DNA of 64,000 nt. Origin: an uncultured Pseudomonadota bacterium. GTDB lineage: Bacteria; Pseudomonadota; Alphaproteobacteria; Rs-D84; CACZYB01. The notes below the pieces were generated by a model. That model was not told the DNA's origin. It saw only the letters and a program-made list of their open reading frames with translations, and did no database searches. The translations under genes and the position numbers were made by a program. The DNA is taken from assembly GCA_902785275.1 (NCBI GenBank), contig CACZYB010000001.1, positions 199,884-263,883 on the forward strand. The letters run 5' to 3'. Of this stretch, positions 18,032-26,843 are shown piece after piece (positions within the stretch are counted from its first letter, which is position 1; each line of letters begins with the position of its first letter).

Positions 18032-18223
18032 ATGAACATATATTCATCATTGGTTTTATATCTGATATTTTCCACATTTATGTTTATCCTAAACAAAGCA
18101 AATATCGATAGGTATAACCAAAAATGGATTCAATACACCTACCACGGATTAAAATACATTTTCTATCTATTTACATTAATAATTCTAATAAAAATAGTTT
18201 TGTTCATCATAAAAAATTCTTAA
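18032..18223 (+). CDS. Possible small two-TM membrane protein
   Basis: 63-aa ORF with two hydrophobic helices. It overlaps the recombinase 3' end by 17 nt and has no homology cue. Confidence 0.3.
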   Translation: MNIYSSLVLYLIFSTFMFILNKANIDRYNQKWIQYTYHGLKYIFYLFTLIILIKIVLFIIKNS

Positions 18224-18827
18224 TACTAAAATCTTTTCTAACCAAAAATCTATTAAGTGTTATAACAGAAACCCCGCATTTTCTTGCTATTTTTCTTTTT
18301 GAAACCTTTTGCACCATCATATCAAAAATAAATTTTTCTTTTCCTGTCAGTTTATAAATATTATTCTTACTTCCAACAGGCCGGCCAAGTTTCATCCCTT
18401 CTGATTTTCGTTTTGCCAAAGCTTCCCTTGTCCTTTCAGAAATACGTTCTCTTTCTATCTGAGCAGAAAAGGCAAACACCGTCATAATCATAAGACCTAT
18501 TGCAGTATTTCCCAGTTCCAAATTTTCCTTCAAACAAAAAACTCTAACTTCCTTATCCGCAAATATTTTTGCAAGGCTATACATATCAATCATACTTCGT
18601 GAAAGTCGGGAAAGTTCCGAAACAATAACATAATCCCCCTTTTTTAAAACCCTAAGAAGTTTACCTAAATTTCGTTTTTTATAATTTACCGTTCCACTTA
18701 CACCTTCATCGACATATTCTTTTGATATTTTTATGTCACGATATTCACAATATTTTATAATTCCATACCTTTGATTTTCATAATCTTGTTCTTCTGTTGA
18801 TACCCTTAAATAAGCATAAACCGTCAT
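18207..18827 (-). CDS. Serine recombinase (resolvase/invertase family) with C-terminal HTH
   Basis: The N-terminus MTVYAYLRVSTEEQDYENQ contains the catalytic Ser motif. Also present are ...SELSRLSRS..., ...ERERISERTREALA... and a C-terminal HTH (KIARKCGVSVITLNRFL). Confidence 0.85.
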   Translation of the reverse strand: MTVYAYLRVSTEEQDYENQRYGIIKYCEYRDIKISKEYVDEGVSGTVNYKKRNLGKLLRVLKKGDYVIVSELSRLSRSMIDMYSLAKIFADKEVRVFCLKENLELGNTAIGLMIMTVFAFSAQIERERISERTREALAKRKSEGMKLGRPVGSKNNIYKLTGKEKFIFDMMVQKVSKRKIARKCGVSVITLNRFLVRKDFSIKNFL

Positions 18828-18918
18828 TTTTTATTTTAATAAGCAAATACAAAAATTTAAAAGAACTTTCTTTGATAATTATATAGACGATTAAGACAAA
18901 GTCAAACCGTAAAAATAC

Positions 18919-18947
18919 CTTTCATTTTTCAAAAAAGGTGCTATAAT
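18919..18947 (+). promoter_or_regulatory. Extended -10 promoter for the 18970 gene
   Basis: TGcTATAAT at 18939-18947, with a weak -35. RBS GGAAGGAG lies upstream of the ATG at 18970. Confidence 0.5.
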
Positions 18948-18969
18948 AGGAAGGAGTAAGGAAACATTT

Positions 18970-19272
18970 ATGAAAAAAATGTTGTTTGCATTACTATTCT
19001 CTTTAAATGCATTAACAAATGTTTATGCACAAGTCCCAAGTTGGTATAATGGTGATATTGAACTTTATAATAAATTTATAAAAACTTGTAACATTGCACA
19101 AAAATCATGTCCCAATGAAACATATAATTGCAATAATGTAAAAAGTCAGGATGAGTTTTTTTCCTTAAACATTCGTGTCGGTTCATGTTTTCTTTCAATA
19201 AAAAATGAAACTATAAAATCTAGAGATTACACACCTAGCAGTGCAATAGGAGTAGCAAGCGTACGTGGATAA
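18970..19272 (+). CDS. Small secreted protein (5 Cys)
   Basis: Signal peptide MKKMLFALLFSLNALTNVYA and a good RBS. No homology cue. Confidence 0.6.
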   Translation: MKKMLFALLFSLNALTNVYAQVPSWYNGDIELYNKFIKTCNIAQKSCPNETYNCNNVKSQDEFFSLNIRVGSCFLSIKNETIKSRDYTPSSAIGVASVRG

Positions 19273-19276
19273 AGAA

Positions 19277-20146
19277 ATGAAAAAAATATTGGCAATATTA
19301 CTTGGAATAATTTCTTTTAACAGCACATCATTTGCTTATGACTTTTCCATTCTTCAATCAAAAATCGATAATGTAAAATCTGAATGTTCTGGAATAAAAT
19401 CAAGTCTTGATACAATCTTTGGTTTAAGTGTTGCAACAACTGTATCAAGTGGAATTGGAACATTAACTTCAACTGGTGCTTTGGTTGCAGGCCTTAAAAA
19501 AAGAACTCAAGATTATAAACTTGACGAAGAAACATTACATAATGATATTGATCGTTTCATAGAAGATTATAACGCCCTTACAGAGGATATAAAAAACTCT
19601 ATGAAAAAATCAGAAACACTTGGTAATGTTCGTTCTGCTTTACTTGCTGGAACAACTGTAACATCCGCTGTATCAACTGGAACATCAATCGGTACAACAT
19701 TAACCGCATCAAAGCTTGCAGAAAAAATGTCTAATTGTAACAAATCATTACAAGCATTAAAAATTGCAAAATCTTCTACCGAAAGCGAAACAGAAGACAG
19801 TCTTGAACCAATCGATAGTACAATAATAGAAATTGCAAAAAATATTTTATCCACCTGTATTGGCTATGATGAATCAAATATAAAATCACTTAAAAATTTT
19901 GCCACCGCAAACGCTGTTGTTTCTGGAATCGGCACTGGTATTTCTGGTGTTGGAACCGCAACATCAATCATGGCAAACAAAACAAAAGATAAAGAAAAAA
20001 ATAAAAAATTAGACACTGCTTCAAACATTTTATCTGGTGTTGCAATTGGCACATCTGGCACATCAACTACTCTTTCTGCTATTCAAATTTCGAAGGCTAA
20101 AAAAGACAGTTCCATAGCCGAAAAATGTGAAAATATTTTAAGATAA
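19277..20146 (+). CDS. Secreted protein with repeated Gly/Thr/Ser-rich segments
   Basis: The ATG at 19277 lies 5 nt after the previous stop. Signal peptide MKKILAILLGIISFNSTSFA. Recurrent segments: VSSGIGTLTSTGALVAG, TSAVSTGTSIGTTLT, VVSGIGTGISGVGTATS and GVAIGTSGTSTTLS. Confidence 0.65.
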   Translation: MKKILAILLGIISFNSTSFAYDFSILQSKIDNVKSECSGIKSSLDTIFGLSVATTVSSGIGTLTSTGALVAGLKKRTQDYKLDEETLHNDIDRFIEDYNALTEDIKNSMKKSETLGNVRSALLAGTTVTSAVSTGTSIGTTLTASKLAEKMSNCNKSLQALKIAKSSTESETEDSLEPIDSTIIEIAKNILSTCIGYDESNIKSLKNFATANAVVSGIGTGISGVGTATSIMANKTKDKEKNKKLDTASNILSGVAIGTSGTSTTLSAIQISKAKKDSSIAEKCENILR

Positions 20147-20279
20147 TTTTTAATTAATAATTCCCATCACATAAGCAAAAAACCTGAATTTTTGTTAATT
20201 TTTTGACAACTTTATTTACTTGACTTAGTTCTTTATATAGGTGTAAAATCCTAATTATAATAAGAGAAAGGATTTTATT

Positions 20280-21434
20280 ATGAAAAAAATTATTTCAACT
20301 TTGTTGATTACAACAATGTTTTCAACTGCAGCTTTTGCTCAAACTGTAAGTAATACAAAAGAAAGTGAAACAAAAAATTCTTTTGATCTTACACAAAAAA
20401 ATTTCGTTGATGATTTTGAAGATGATGATACTGTCGTAAATTCAAAATTAGTAAACACACAAAAAGCATTAAAACCTGTAGCAGATAAATTTGCAGAAAA
20501 ACCAGAAATTCCTTCTAACATCAAACAAGATTTTAAAGAAGATAAAGATGATGGTTACCTATTAGAAGGTTTTCAACTCGGTGTCGGTGTTGGTGTTTTG
20601 GGTGGTGCCAACGCACACTTAGGATACAGAATTCCAAGAAGAGATTATAATTTCTGGAAAAACAGATTTGGTTTCAGAATTGATTACAACTCATGGAAAC
20701 CACTTGAAAGTACAATCGAAAAATACTTAGAAGACAACCCTATCGATGTTGATGGAAACGACTTCTCAGGTATGATTACTGGTACAAACTATGGTGCTTT
20801 GATTGATTTCTATCCATTCGGAAACACATGGTTCCTTGGCAACTTCAGAATCAGTGGTGGTTACTATACCGGAGATTTCGCCATTAATGCATCCATGACA
20901 AAAAATGGTGGTGGTGAATTCGAAATGAAAAACTTAAGATATAAAGTTGAAAATGCAACTGCTACATTAAGAGCAGGTATTGAAGCAGATGTAAAAGGCC
21001 CATACGCAGGTATCGGTTTCGATTTACAAATCCTTTACGGATTAAAACTTTACTTTGATGCCGGTGTTGTATTCATCAATAATCCAAAAATTACAACTGA
21101 CCTTACTGGTAATGCTGATTTGTGGATTAAATATTCTGAAGAATATGAAAATAAATTAAGAGAATTAGGTATTGATATTAGCGCTGTAAATGTAAATGAA
21201 TTGGCACAACAAGCTGGTATCGATATATCAAATCTTCCAATAGAACTTCCTTCAGGAAGCAGTGCTATAAAAGATGCTAATGGATATACTCTTGTAGGAA
21301 AGATTACAGCAGATAACGAATACGTAAAACAACTTCTTGCTGATACCGAAGCAGAGTATAAAGATGAACTTAAAGTTATTACAGATTCAAAGATATTCCC
21401 AATGGTTAAAATTGGTTTAATGCTTCGTTTCTAA
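20280..21434 (+). CDS. Outer-membrane beta-barrel-like protein
   Basis: Signal peptide MKKIISTLLITTMFSTAAFA, alternating amphipathic strands (GFRIDYN, GALIDFYPF, FRISGGYY, AGIGFDLQI) and a C-terminal ...KIGLMLRF ending in aromatic F. Confidence 0.7.
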   Translation: MKKIISTLLITTMFSTAAFAQTVSNTKESETKNSFDLTQKNFVDDFEDDDTVVNSKLVNTQKALKPVADKFAEKPEIPSNIKQDFKEDKDDGYLLEGFQLGVGVGVLGGANAHLGYRIPRRDYNFWKNRFGFRIDYNSWKPLESTIEKYLEDNPIDVDGNDFSGMITGTNYGALIDFYPFGNTWFLGNFRISGGYYTGDFAINASMTKNGGGEFEMKNLRYKVENATATLRAGIEADVKGPYAGIGFDLQILYGLKLYFDAGVVFINNPKITTDLTGNADLWIKYSEEYENKLRELGIDISAVNVNELAQQAGIDISNLPIELPSGSSAIKDANGYTLVGKITADNEYVKQLLADTEAEYKDELKVITDSKIFPMVKIGLMLRF

Positions 21435-21455
21435 TAACAAAAATTCAATTCAAAA

Positions 21456-21489
21456 ATACCTATGGCCAAAACCATGGGTATTTTTTTTA
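21456..21489 (+). terminator. Rho-independent terminator
   Basis: TACCTATGG-CCAAAA-CCATGGGTA followed by TTTTTTTTT. Confidence 0.75.
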
Positions 21490-21498
21490 TTTTTTTGC

Positions 21499-21527
21499 TT
21501 GAAACTTAGAAAAATATTGGTTATATT
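21499..21527 (+). promoter_or_regulatory. Promoter of tRNA-Gly
   Basis: TTGAAA (21499-21504), a 17-nt spacer, then TATATT (21522-21527), 12 nt before the tRNA 5' end. Confidence 0.6.
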
Positions 21528-21539
21528 ATTTGCCATAGT

Positions 21540-21613
21540 GCGGGTGTAGCTCAATGGTAGAGTTCCAGCCTTCCAAGCTGGCCGTGAGGGTTCGATTCCC
21601 TTCACCCGCTCCA
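21540..21613 (+). tRNA. tRNA-Gly(UCC)
   Basis: GCGGGTGTAGCTCAATGGTAGAGTTCCAGCCTTCCAAGCTGGCCGTGAGGGTTCGATTCCCTTCACCCGCTCCA has anticodon loop CTTCCAA and an encoded CCA. Confidence 0.92.
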
Positions 21614-21615
21614 AA
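21598..21615 (+). repeat. attL core (3' end of tRNA-Gly)
   Basis: CCCTTCACCCGCTCCAAA, identical to 27070-27087. Confidence 0.85.
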
Positions 21616-21737
21616 GTTAAATCCTTGATTTTATTGCATTTTTTAGTTCATACTTTATGAAGAAGTATTTTTATACTTATTGCAAAACTCTTGTAAATAC
21701 AAATACTTAGCTTTTTGCTTATAAAGGGTTTTGGCGA

Positions 21738-23261
21738 ATGTTTGATAAGTGTGATGCAAAGTGTGATGCATTTGGTTTTAGGAATATCCCTCATTTGTGG
21801 TTGAGAAAGAATGTTTTTTATTGTAGAATAGAGTTGCCAAAGAAGGATAGCAAACGAAGATATGGACGTTATTCGTTGCATACAAATAATTATTATGAGG
21901 CTTTAACTAAAATGGATGGTATTAAGCAGTTTAATGTAAAGTTTAATAGATTGTGTGAATTGTATTCTCAAATAAGTGTTATTCGTAGAAATGTTGAGCA
22001 AATTCCAGGTCATGCAATAATGACATTTTATGTTCCGGATGAATTAGTGTTATCTCCAAATAATAAGCCTGAAACATTGATAGAATTTATAGAGTTATTT
22101 GCTGAAATAAAACAGGGTCTTGAAAGATATAATGTTAATAAAGAAGTTGCAAACAATCTTAAAACTATGGAAACTAAACTTAATTTAATTGAAAAAAAGT
22201 TAGGTCCTGAGGCTTTTGCAAAACTTATTCAAACTAATGCTCCACAAGTAAAAGAAACACCTAAACATACATTAAAAGAGATATTGGATATAATGCTTCT
22301 TAGAGCAAATAATAAAGAAGATGAAAAGACAAGAAAAAGGAACTTTTTAAGTAGTGTTTTTGATAGTGTAAATTTGAATTTAGAAAGCGATTATTTGGAT
22401 TTTTATAAGCCTGATATTATTTCTAAGATTTCAGAAAGTATTGTAAATAAGGTAGGTGTAAAGAATGATAATAGACGTCAAAAACTTAGATATATTACGG
22501 AATTTGTAAATTGCGCATGTAATGTAGAGCCTGATTTTTATAAGAATAACCTTATATTAAATTTGCCTAAAATAACAAAAACAAAGAAGAGTGATAGAAA
22601 ACCTCATTTGCCTTATTCTGAGGAACAACTTAAAGAAATATTTGATACAAAGCATAAGTTTTTTGATGAAAACCCGGATGTTTTTTGGATTTGTATGATT
22701 GCTTTGTTTACTGGTGCAAGGTTAAATGCAGCAACAACTTTACAATACGGAGATGTTTTTGAAAAAGATAAGATAAAATGTTTATATTTCCGTTCAAATC
22801 ATACTATAAAGCATTTGAAAAATGATGCAAGTGAAAGAATTGTTCCAATACACAAACAGTTATTAGATTTAGGATTTTGGAATTATGTAGAGCGTAGAAA
22901 AAAGAAATTAAAAGCAAAAGATGAAGATTTTATTTTCCCAAAATGTAAAACAAAAAGTGGTGAATACAATGACAGGTATATGTTAAGAACTTTGTTTGTA
23001 TTTTTGGAAGAACTTGATATTAAAGAAAAAGGTTTGGATTTCCATTCATTCCGTAAAAATGCCAGTCTTGCAATGCAATCTGCTGGTTTAGTTGCAAGTT
23101 GTATCAATAGAATTATTGGTTGGGAAGGAACTGGAACTATGGAGCAATCTTATTCCAATTACACATTACAACAGATAAATACAGAATTAAATAAGTTTAG
23201 TTATGATTACTTACAGACAGAGTTTGATGAGTGGGAAAAAATTATGGAGAAGAAGGATTAG
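21738..23261 (+). CDS. int: Tyrosine recombinase / phage-type integrase
   Basis: 507 aa. The N-terminus LWLRKNVFYCRIELPKKD...SLHTNNYYEA is an integrase arm-binding-type pattern. Catalytic residues: TGARLNAATTL (Arg), HSFRKN (HxxR) and YSNY (Tyr). Confidence 0.9.
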   Translation: MFDKCDAKCDAFGFRNIPHLWLRKNVFYCRIELPKKDSKRRYGRYSLHTNNYYEALTKMDGIKQFNVKFNRLCELYSQISVIRRNVEQIPGHAIMTFYVPDELVLSPNNKPETLIEFIELFAEIKQGLERYNVNKEVANNLKTMETKLNLIEKKLGPEAFAKLIQTNAPQVKETPKHTLKEILDIMLLRANNKEDEKTRKRNFLSSVFDSVNLNLESDYLDFYKPDIISKISESIVNKVGVKNDNRRQKLRYITEFVNCACNVEPDFYKNNLILNLPKITKTKKSDRKPHLPYSEEQLKEIFDTKHKFFDENPDVFWICMIALFTGARLNAATTLQYGDVFEKDKIKCLYFRSNHTIKHLKNDASERIVPIHKQLLDLGFWNYVERRKKKLKAKDEDFIFPKCKTKSGEYNDRYMLRTLFVFLEELDIKEKGLDFHSFRKNASLAMQSAGLVASCINRIIGWEGTGTMEQSYSNYTLQQINTELNKFSYDYLQTEFDEWEKIMEKKD

Positions 23262-23297
23262 TAGTAGTTGGTGACAAATTGTCATCAACTGAAGAAA

Positions 23298-23636
23298 TTA
23301 TTTCATTTCAAGTAATGCTTCAATCTGTTTTAGAATAATTTTTAATGTTTTATCGTCTTGTGTTTCTAGTAAACTTATAATGTGGTTTAATGTTTCATTA
23401 TTTGAAATATTATTTATAGGTGTATCAACCAATAAATCTTGAATCGAAATATTTAATGTTTTTGCAAAAGAATAAAGTGTTGTAATTCTTGGATCGGTAA
23501 GGCCTCTTTCAATATTTGAAACGGTATTTATCATTTTACCAGATAGTTCAGCAAAGTCTTCTTGGCTCATTCCTTTTTGTTTTCTTAAATTAGCAATATG
23601 TCTTCCAAGAGTTTGTAAAAATACTTTATCCATCAT
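23298..23636 (-). CDS. XRE/CI-Cro family HTH repressor
   Basis: LRKQKGMSQEDFAELSGKMINTVSNIERGLTDPRITTLYSFAKTLNISIQDLL is an HTH_3 pattern. The gene is divergent from the 23781 operon. Confidence 0.85.
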   Translation of the reverse strand: MMDKVFLQTLGRHIANLRKQKGMSQEDFAELSGKMINTVSNIERGLTDPRITTLYSFAKTLNISIQDLLVDTPINNISNNETLNHIISLLETQDDKTLKIILKQIEALLEMK

Positions 23637-23663
23637 AAAACCTCACTTTTATGATTTAATTTT

Positions 23664-23776
23664 CACATTAAAATGTGGAAAACACCATAGTGCTATAATG
23701 TGTATTTTTTAATTGACTTCTTTAATATTACACATTATAATGTGAATTGCACTTACAATACACATAAAGGAATGTG
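23664..23776. promoter_or_regulatory. Divergent switch region with three CACAT/ATGTG inverted-repeat operators
   Basis: CACAT-TAAA-ATGTG (23664-23677), CACAT-TATA-ATGTG (23731-23744) and CACAT-AAAGGA-ATGTG (23761-23776). TATAAT-like boxes overlap them. Confidence 0.7.
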
Positions 23777-23780
23777 AAAA

Positions 23781-24230
23781 ATGGATGAAATAATAAAAGA
23801 AAAAGTTTTGCAAGAAATTGGAATATTTAAACAAAACGAAGATATAAAAGTATCTGGAACTCAAAAATATTTTTTAGTTACTTTTGGTGTGGTTAAAAAT
23901 GTTAATCCAATAGAATTTCAAGTTATTGATGATAAAAACAAAAATATAACGATTCAGTATACTAATGCATTTGAAGGATTAGAATATCAACTACGTCAAG
24001 ATATTGAAGTTATAACAAGTATTATTGAAGATAAAACTGCGATAAAAAAACAATCAACAAAGTCTATAAATATATTTTTTCTTGTAGATAAAAATGGTAA
24101 ATTTAATGAACAGATTTTATCTAAAATTTATAAAATTGGTATAGAACAAGATATTGCAGCTTTAAACTTGTATAAAATACCTTTTAATGTCTTTGTAAAA
24201 GAAGTAAAAGATTTAAAACCTATAATTTAA
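23781..24230 (+). CDS. Element-encoded hypothetical protein
   Basis: 149-aa ORF, RBS AAGGAA, first gene rightward of the switch region. No motif recognised. Confidence 0.6.
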   Translation: MDEIIKEKVLQEIGIFKQNEDIKVSGTQKYFLVTFGVVKNVNPIEFQVIDDKNKNITIQYTNAFEGLEYQLRQDIEVITSIIEDKTAIKKQSTKSINIFFLVDKNGKFNEQILSKIYKIGIEQDIAALNLYKIPFNVFVKEVKDLKPII

Positions 24231-24250
24231 TCAAAGTAAAGGAAAAAATT

Positions 24251-25153
24251 ATGAAAAAATTTTTAATATTATTTAGCTTTATCTTAACATTTATTTTTAA
24301 ATTGGATGTAGCGTATGCAGAATCTCAAGAAAAATTAGAAGAAAAGATTGCTTATGTTTCAAATTTTCGTAAAAAAATTCATGAACTTAAGCCTGAACTG
24401 AATGATGAAGAGTTAGATGTTTTTAATACTCTTTCGCTTTCTATGATTTTTCACGACGAAGTTGTAAAAAATTGTAGTGAAGATGGAATTTTATCTGTAA
24501 GTGAAGATACTGTGTCACCTGGAATTATAAATTATTTACAAGTATTTATGAAAAAAGAAATAAATCCTCAATATTTTATGGAATATTATAATAGATTTAT
24601 TGATAATAGTGATGAATGTATTTTACAAAGAAGAAATAATAAAGGCCCAACATCTATTTGTTGGTTTGATTATAAAAGATTTCTTCCAAAAACATCAAAA
24701 ATAAAAACGGATAATGATTTCTTATATTTTTATAAAGCATATGATTTTTTTAGTGTTTCAAACTTTTGTAACAATACACAAGAATTAACAACAGCAGAAA
24801 GAAAAGAATGTAAGGAAAAATTTAGAAAATTTCTTGTCCAACTATCAAATAAAACAGCCCCACATTGTAGGGATATTATTCCAGGAGAGTACAAGAAACT
24901 TTTACAAGAAAGTAAAGATTTGTTGAAAACTGTTAATGATACTCGTATAGAAAATGCTTTGGGTCATGAAAAACAGCTTGAAACAATGATGTATCGTGCA
25001 ATGTATGGAAGTGCATATGAAAAGGCAGCAATTGAAGCATTGCAAAATATGGGATTTAGAAATTTCTGTATAGTTGAAGGTTTTGAAGAAGATTTAAAGA
25101 AAATACAAGGTAAAAATATTTATAAAAAAATTGAAAGTATTGAATTAAATTAG
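24251..25153 (+). CDS. Element-encoded secreted Cys-containing protein
   Basis: Signal peptide MKKFLILFSFILTFIFKLDVAYA, RBS AAGGAAA, 8 Cys in the mature part. No motif recognised. Confidence 0.65.
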   Translation: MKKFLILFSFILTFIFKLDVAYAESQEKLEEKIAYVSNFRKKIHELKPELNDEELDVFNTLSLSMIFHDEVVKNCSEDGILSVSEDTVSPGIINYLQVFMKKEINPQYFMEYYNRFIDNSDECILQRRNNKGPTSICWFDYKRFLPKTSKIKTDNDFLYFYKAYDFFSVSNFCNNTQELTTAERKECKEKFRKFLVQLSNKTAPHCRDIIPGEYKKLLQESKDLLKTVNDTRIENALGHEKQLETMMYRAMYGSAYEKAAIEALQNMGFRNFCIVEGFEEDLKKIQGKNIYKKIESIELN

Positions 25154-25174
25154 TATTTAAATATAAAATAAAAA

Positions 25175-25207
25175 ACTTCGTATCTCTAATGACACGAGGT
25201 TTTTTTA
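25175..25207 (+). terminator. Rho-independent terminator
   Basis: ACTTCGT-N12-ACGAGGT followed by TTTTTTT. Confidence 0.6.
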
Positions 25208-25349
25208 TGTGTATTTCTGGATAGAAAACGTTTTCTTAAAAATTTGTTAATACTTAGAGATAACAAATAATTGAAATCCCCAATTCTAAATAAAGGATGT
25301 GAATGGCTGTTTTTAGCCAATTTTGTTGCATTTTTATGCGTTTTTTTGT

Positions 25350-25377
25350 GTGCTTTTAAGGGAAAAACTGGGATAAT
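25350..25377 (+). promoter_or_regulatory. Promoter of the 25410 gene; shares the TAAGGGAAAAAC spacer motif with 26925-26952
   Basis: GTGCTT, then tTAAGGGAAAAACtgg, then GATAAT, about 30 nt upstream of the ATG at 25410. Confidence 0.45.
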
Positions 25378-25409
25378 AGCTATGTAAAACAAAAAAGAAA
25401 GGCTTAAAA

Positions 25410-25658
25410 ATGTTAAAGAAATTTGAAAATTGGTTGCTACAAAATAATTATAAACCTAATACTGCAAAGGATTACCAATATAGAATAAAGCGTGTATGTA
25501 AAAAAGAAAATATTAGTTTGGATATGCTTGTAGAAAATATAAATAATTTATTGCCAGAATATGAATTAAGTGGAATGAAAGCTGAGTATGGAAAAACTAG
25601 CCATGAAAGTGTTAAACAAGCATTGCGTAGATTTAATAAGTTTTTAATGCAAGCATAA
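25410..25658 (+). CDS. Small element-encoded protein (82 aa)
   Basis: RBS AAAGG. FENWLLQNNYKPNTAKDYQYRIKRV weakly resembles integrase SAM-like/core-binding N-terminal domains. A role such as directionality factor is only a guess. Confidence 0.55.
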   Translation: MLKKFENWLLQNNYKPNTAKDYQYRIKRVCKKENISLDMLVENINNLLPEYELSGMKAEYGKTSHESVKQALRRFNKFLMQA

Positions 25659-25686
25659 TTAAATATTATTTAGATTAAAAATAATG

Positions 25687-25715
25687 AACCAGGATTGATT
25701 GAATTTAGTCCTGGT
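25687..25715. terminator. Bidirectional hairpin between convergent element genes
   Basis: AACCAGGA-N13-TCCTGGTT followed by a T-rich tract. Confidence 0.6.
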
Positions 25716-25757
25716 TTATATTTTATAAAGAAAAGATTTTATGAATTTAGAATTGAT

Positions 25758-26348
25758 TTAATTGAATATTTGATAATCGAAGATGATGTTGTCGGTATTA
25801 GAGAATTGCATATCGTTTGATTGAATTAATGTGAATTCTTTGGATAGATATTCGGCGATGCCGTTTGTATTAAATATAGGAGAAATTACGATATTGTCTG
25901 GATATTGATTGGATGGTTTAAAATTTTTATTTGTTTTTAATGAAACGGACATGTGTAATTTATTTTGTAATGAAAAAAGAGTGTTTATAAGGTCGCCGGT
26001 TGTAAATTTATTTGATTTGAGCCCTAAAATAACGTGAGCATGAAAATTTGTATTAGATTGGCCTTGCTCTTGAACAGCAATAAAAATAAAATGTTTTTGA
26101 TATAATTTGAACCAATGTGAACCTAATAATTTATTGAATATTTGATTAAACATTGTATGAAGTTTGCTTATAAGTTGAGCTTGGGTTGTAGGGGGATTAT
26201 AAAACCAACGAATACTAAAAAATAAACCATTACTGCTTAGTGAGGAGGAGAACCAGCTTGTAATGGTTTGGATGCTTTGCATATTTTTGCAGAATTGTGT
26301 TGAATGTTGAGAAAGAGATTTTATTTTTTTAAACTTAGATTTATACAT
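25758..26348 (-). CDS. HUH-type rolling-circle Rep / relaxase-like protein (candidate)
   Basis: 196 aa with NFHAHVILG (His-hydrophobic-His plus hydrophobic run, aa 102-110) followed by IAEYLSKE (YxxK, aa 164-171). It is adjacent to the repeat-rich non-coding region. Confidence 0.55.
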   Translation of the reverse strand: MYKSKFKKIKSLSQHSTQFCKNMQSIQTITSWFSSSLSSNGLFFSIRWFYNPPTTQAQLISKLHTMFNQIFNKLLGSHWFKLYQKHFIFIAVQEQGQSNTNFHAHVILGLKSNKFTTGDLINTLFSLQNKLHMSVSLKTNKNFKPSNQYPDNIVISPIFNTNGIAEYLSKEFTLIQSNDMQFSNTDNIIFDYQIFN

Positions 26349-26403
26349 TTTATTTATTTTTATATTTATTGTTAGTTAGTATTATTTTTTGCATAATAAT
26401 ATT

Positions 26404-26609
26404 TACTATATAAAAATACTATATAGTTTTTAAATTTACAAATTAAGTATCTACACTACCTTCGTATTTGACCAATAAGGGCCTATACTATATAGAACTG
26501 TGAAAATTTTTTATTTTTGGGGATTTTTAATTTTTTTTATTTGGAATTTTTATATATGATTTATTTTTTTTATTAATATTAGAAAATAAAAAATAATGTT
26601 TATATAGTA
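26404..26609. repeat. Four copies of TACTATATA (three direct, one inverted) upstream of the Rep-like gene
   Basis: Direct copies at 26404-26412, 26417-26425 and 26486-26494. The inverted copy TATATAGTA is at 26601-26609. Confidence 0.7.
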
Positions 26610-26790
26610 TATACAATGAGTTAGAAGATTTTTGTGTCGGGGTTTTTAATGAAATTTAGATAAAATAAGAGGAAAAATATATAAAAAACCCCTTAGAAAT
26701 GAAGGTTTAATATGTAGTGATTTTTTGATGTTTTTAAAAAACACTTCCTATAAGACGCGTTTTTTTAGGGGCTAAAATTGGGTTTTTATG
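26519..26790 (+). repeat. Spaced GGGG(N)TTTTTAAT-like motifs, iteron-like
   Basis: GGGGATTTTTAAT at 26519, GGGGTTTTTAAT at 26639 (120 bp later), and GGGGCTAAAATTGGGTTTTTAT at 26768. Confidence 0.5.
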
Positions 26791-26843
26791 AAGTTTTTGA
26801 AGAAAATTTTTTGAAAAAATATTTTAATGAAAAATGTTGAAAA

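Noticed and set aside
18828-18969. An invertible promoter controlled by the neighbouring serine recombinase
   Set aside because: By eye I found no inverted repeats flanking the promoter region. It is kept only as a hypothesis in the findings, not annotated as a feature.
25186-25392. 68-aa minus-strand ORF inside the element
   Set aside because: It has no RBS and a His/Lys-rich low-complexity translation. It overlaps a terminator and a promoter serving plus-strand genes.
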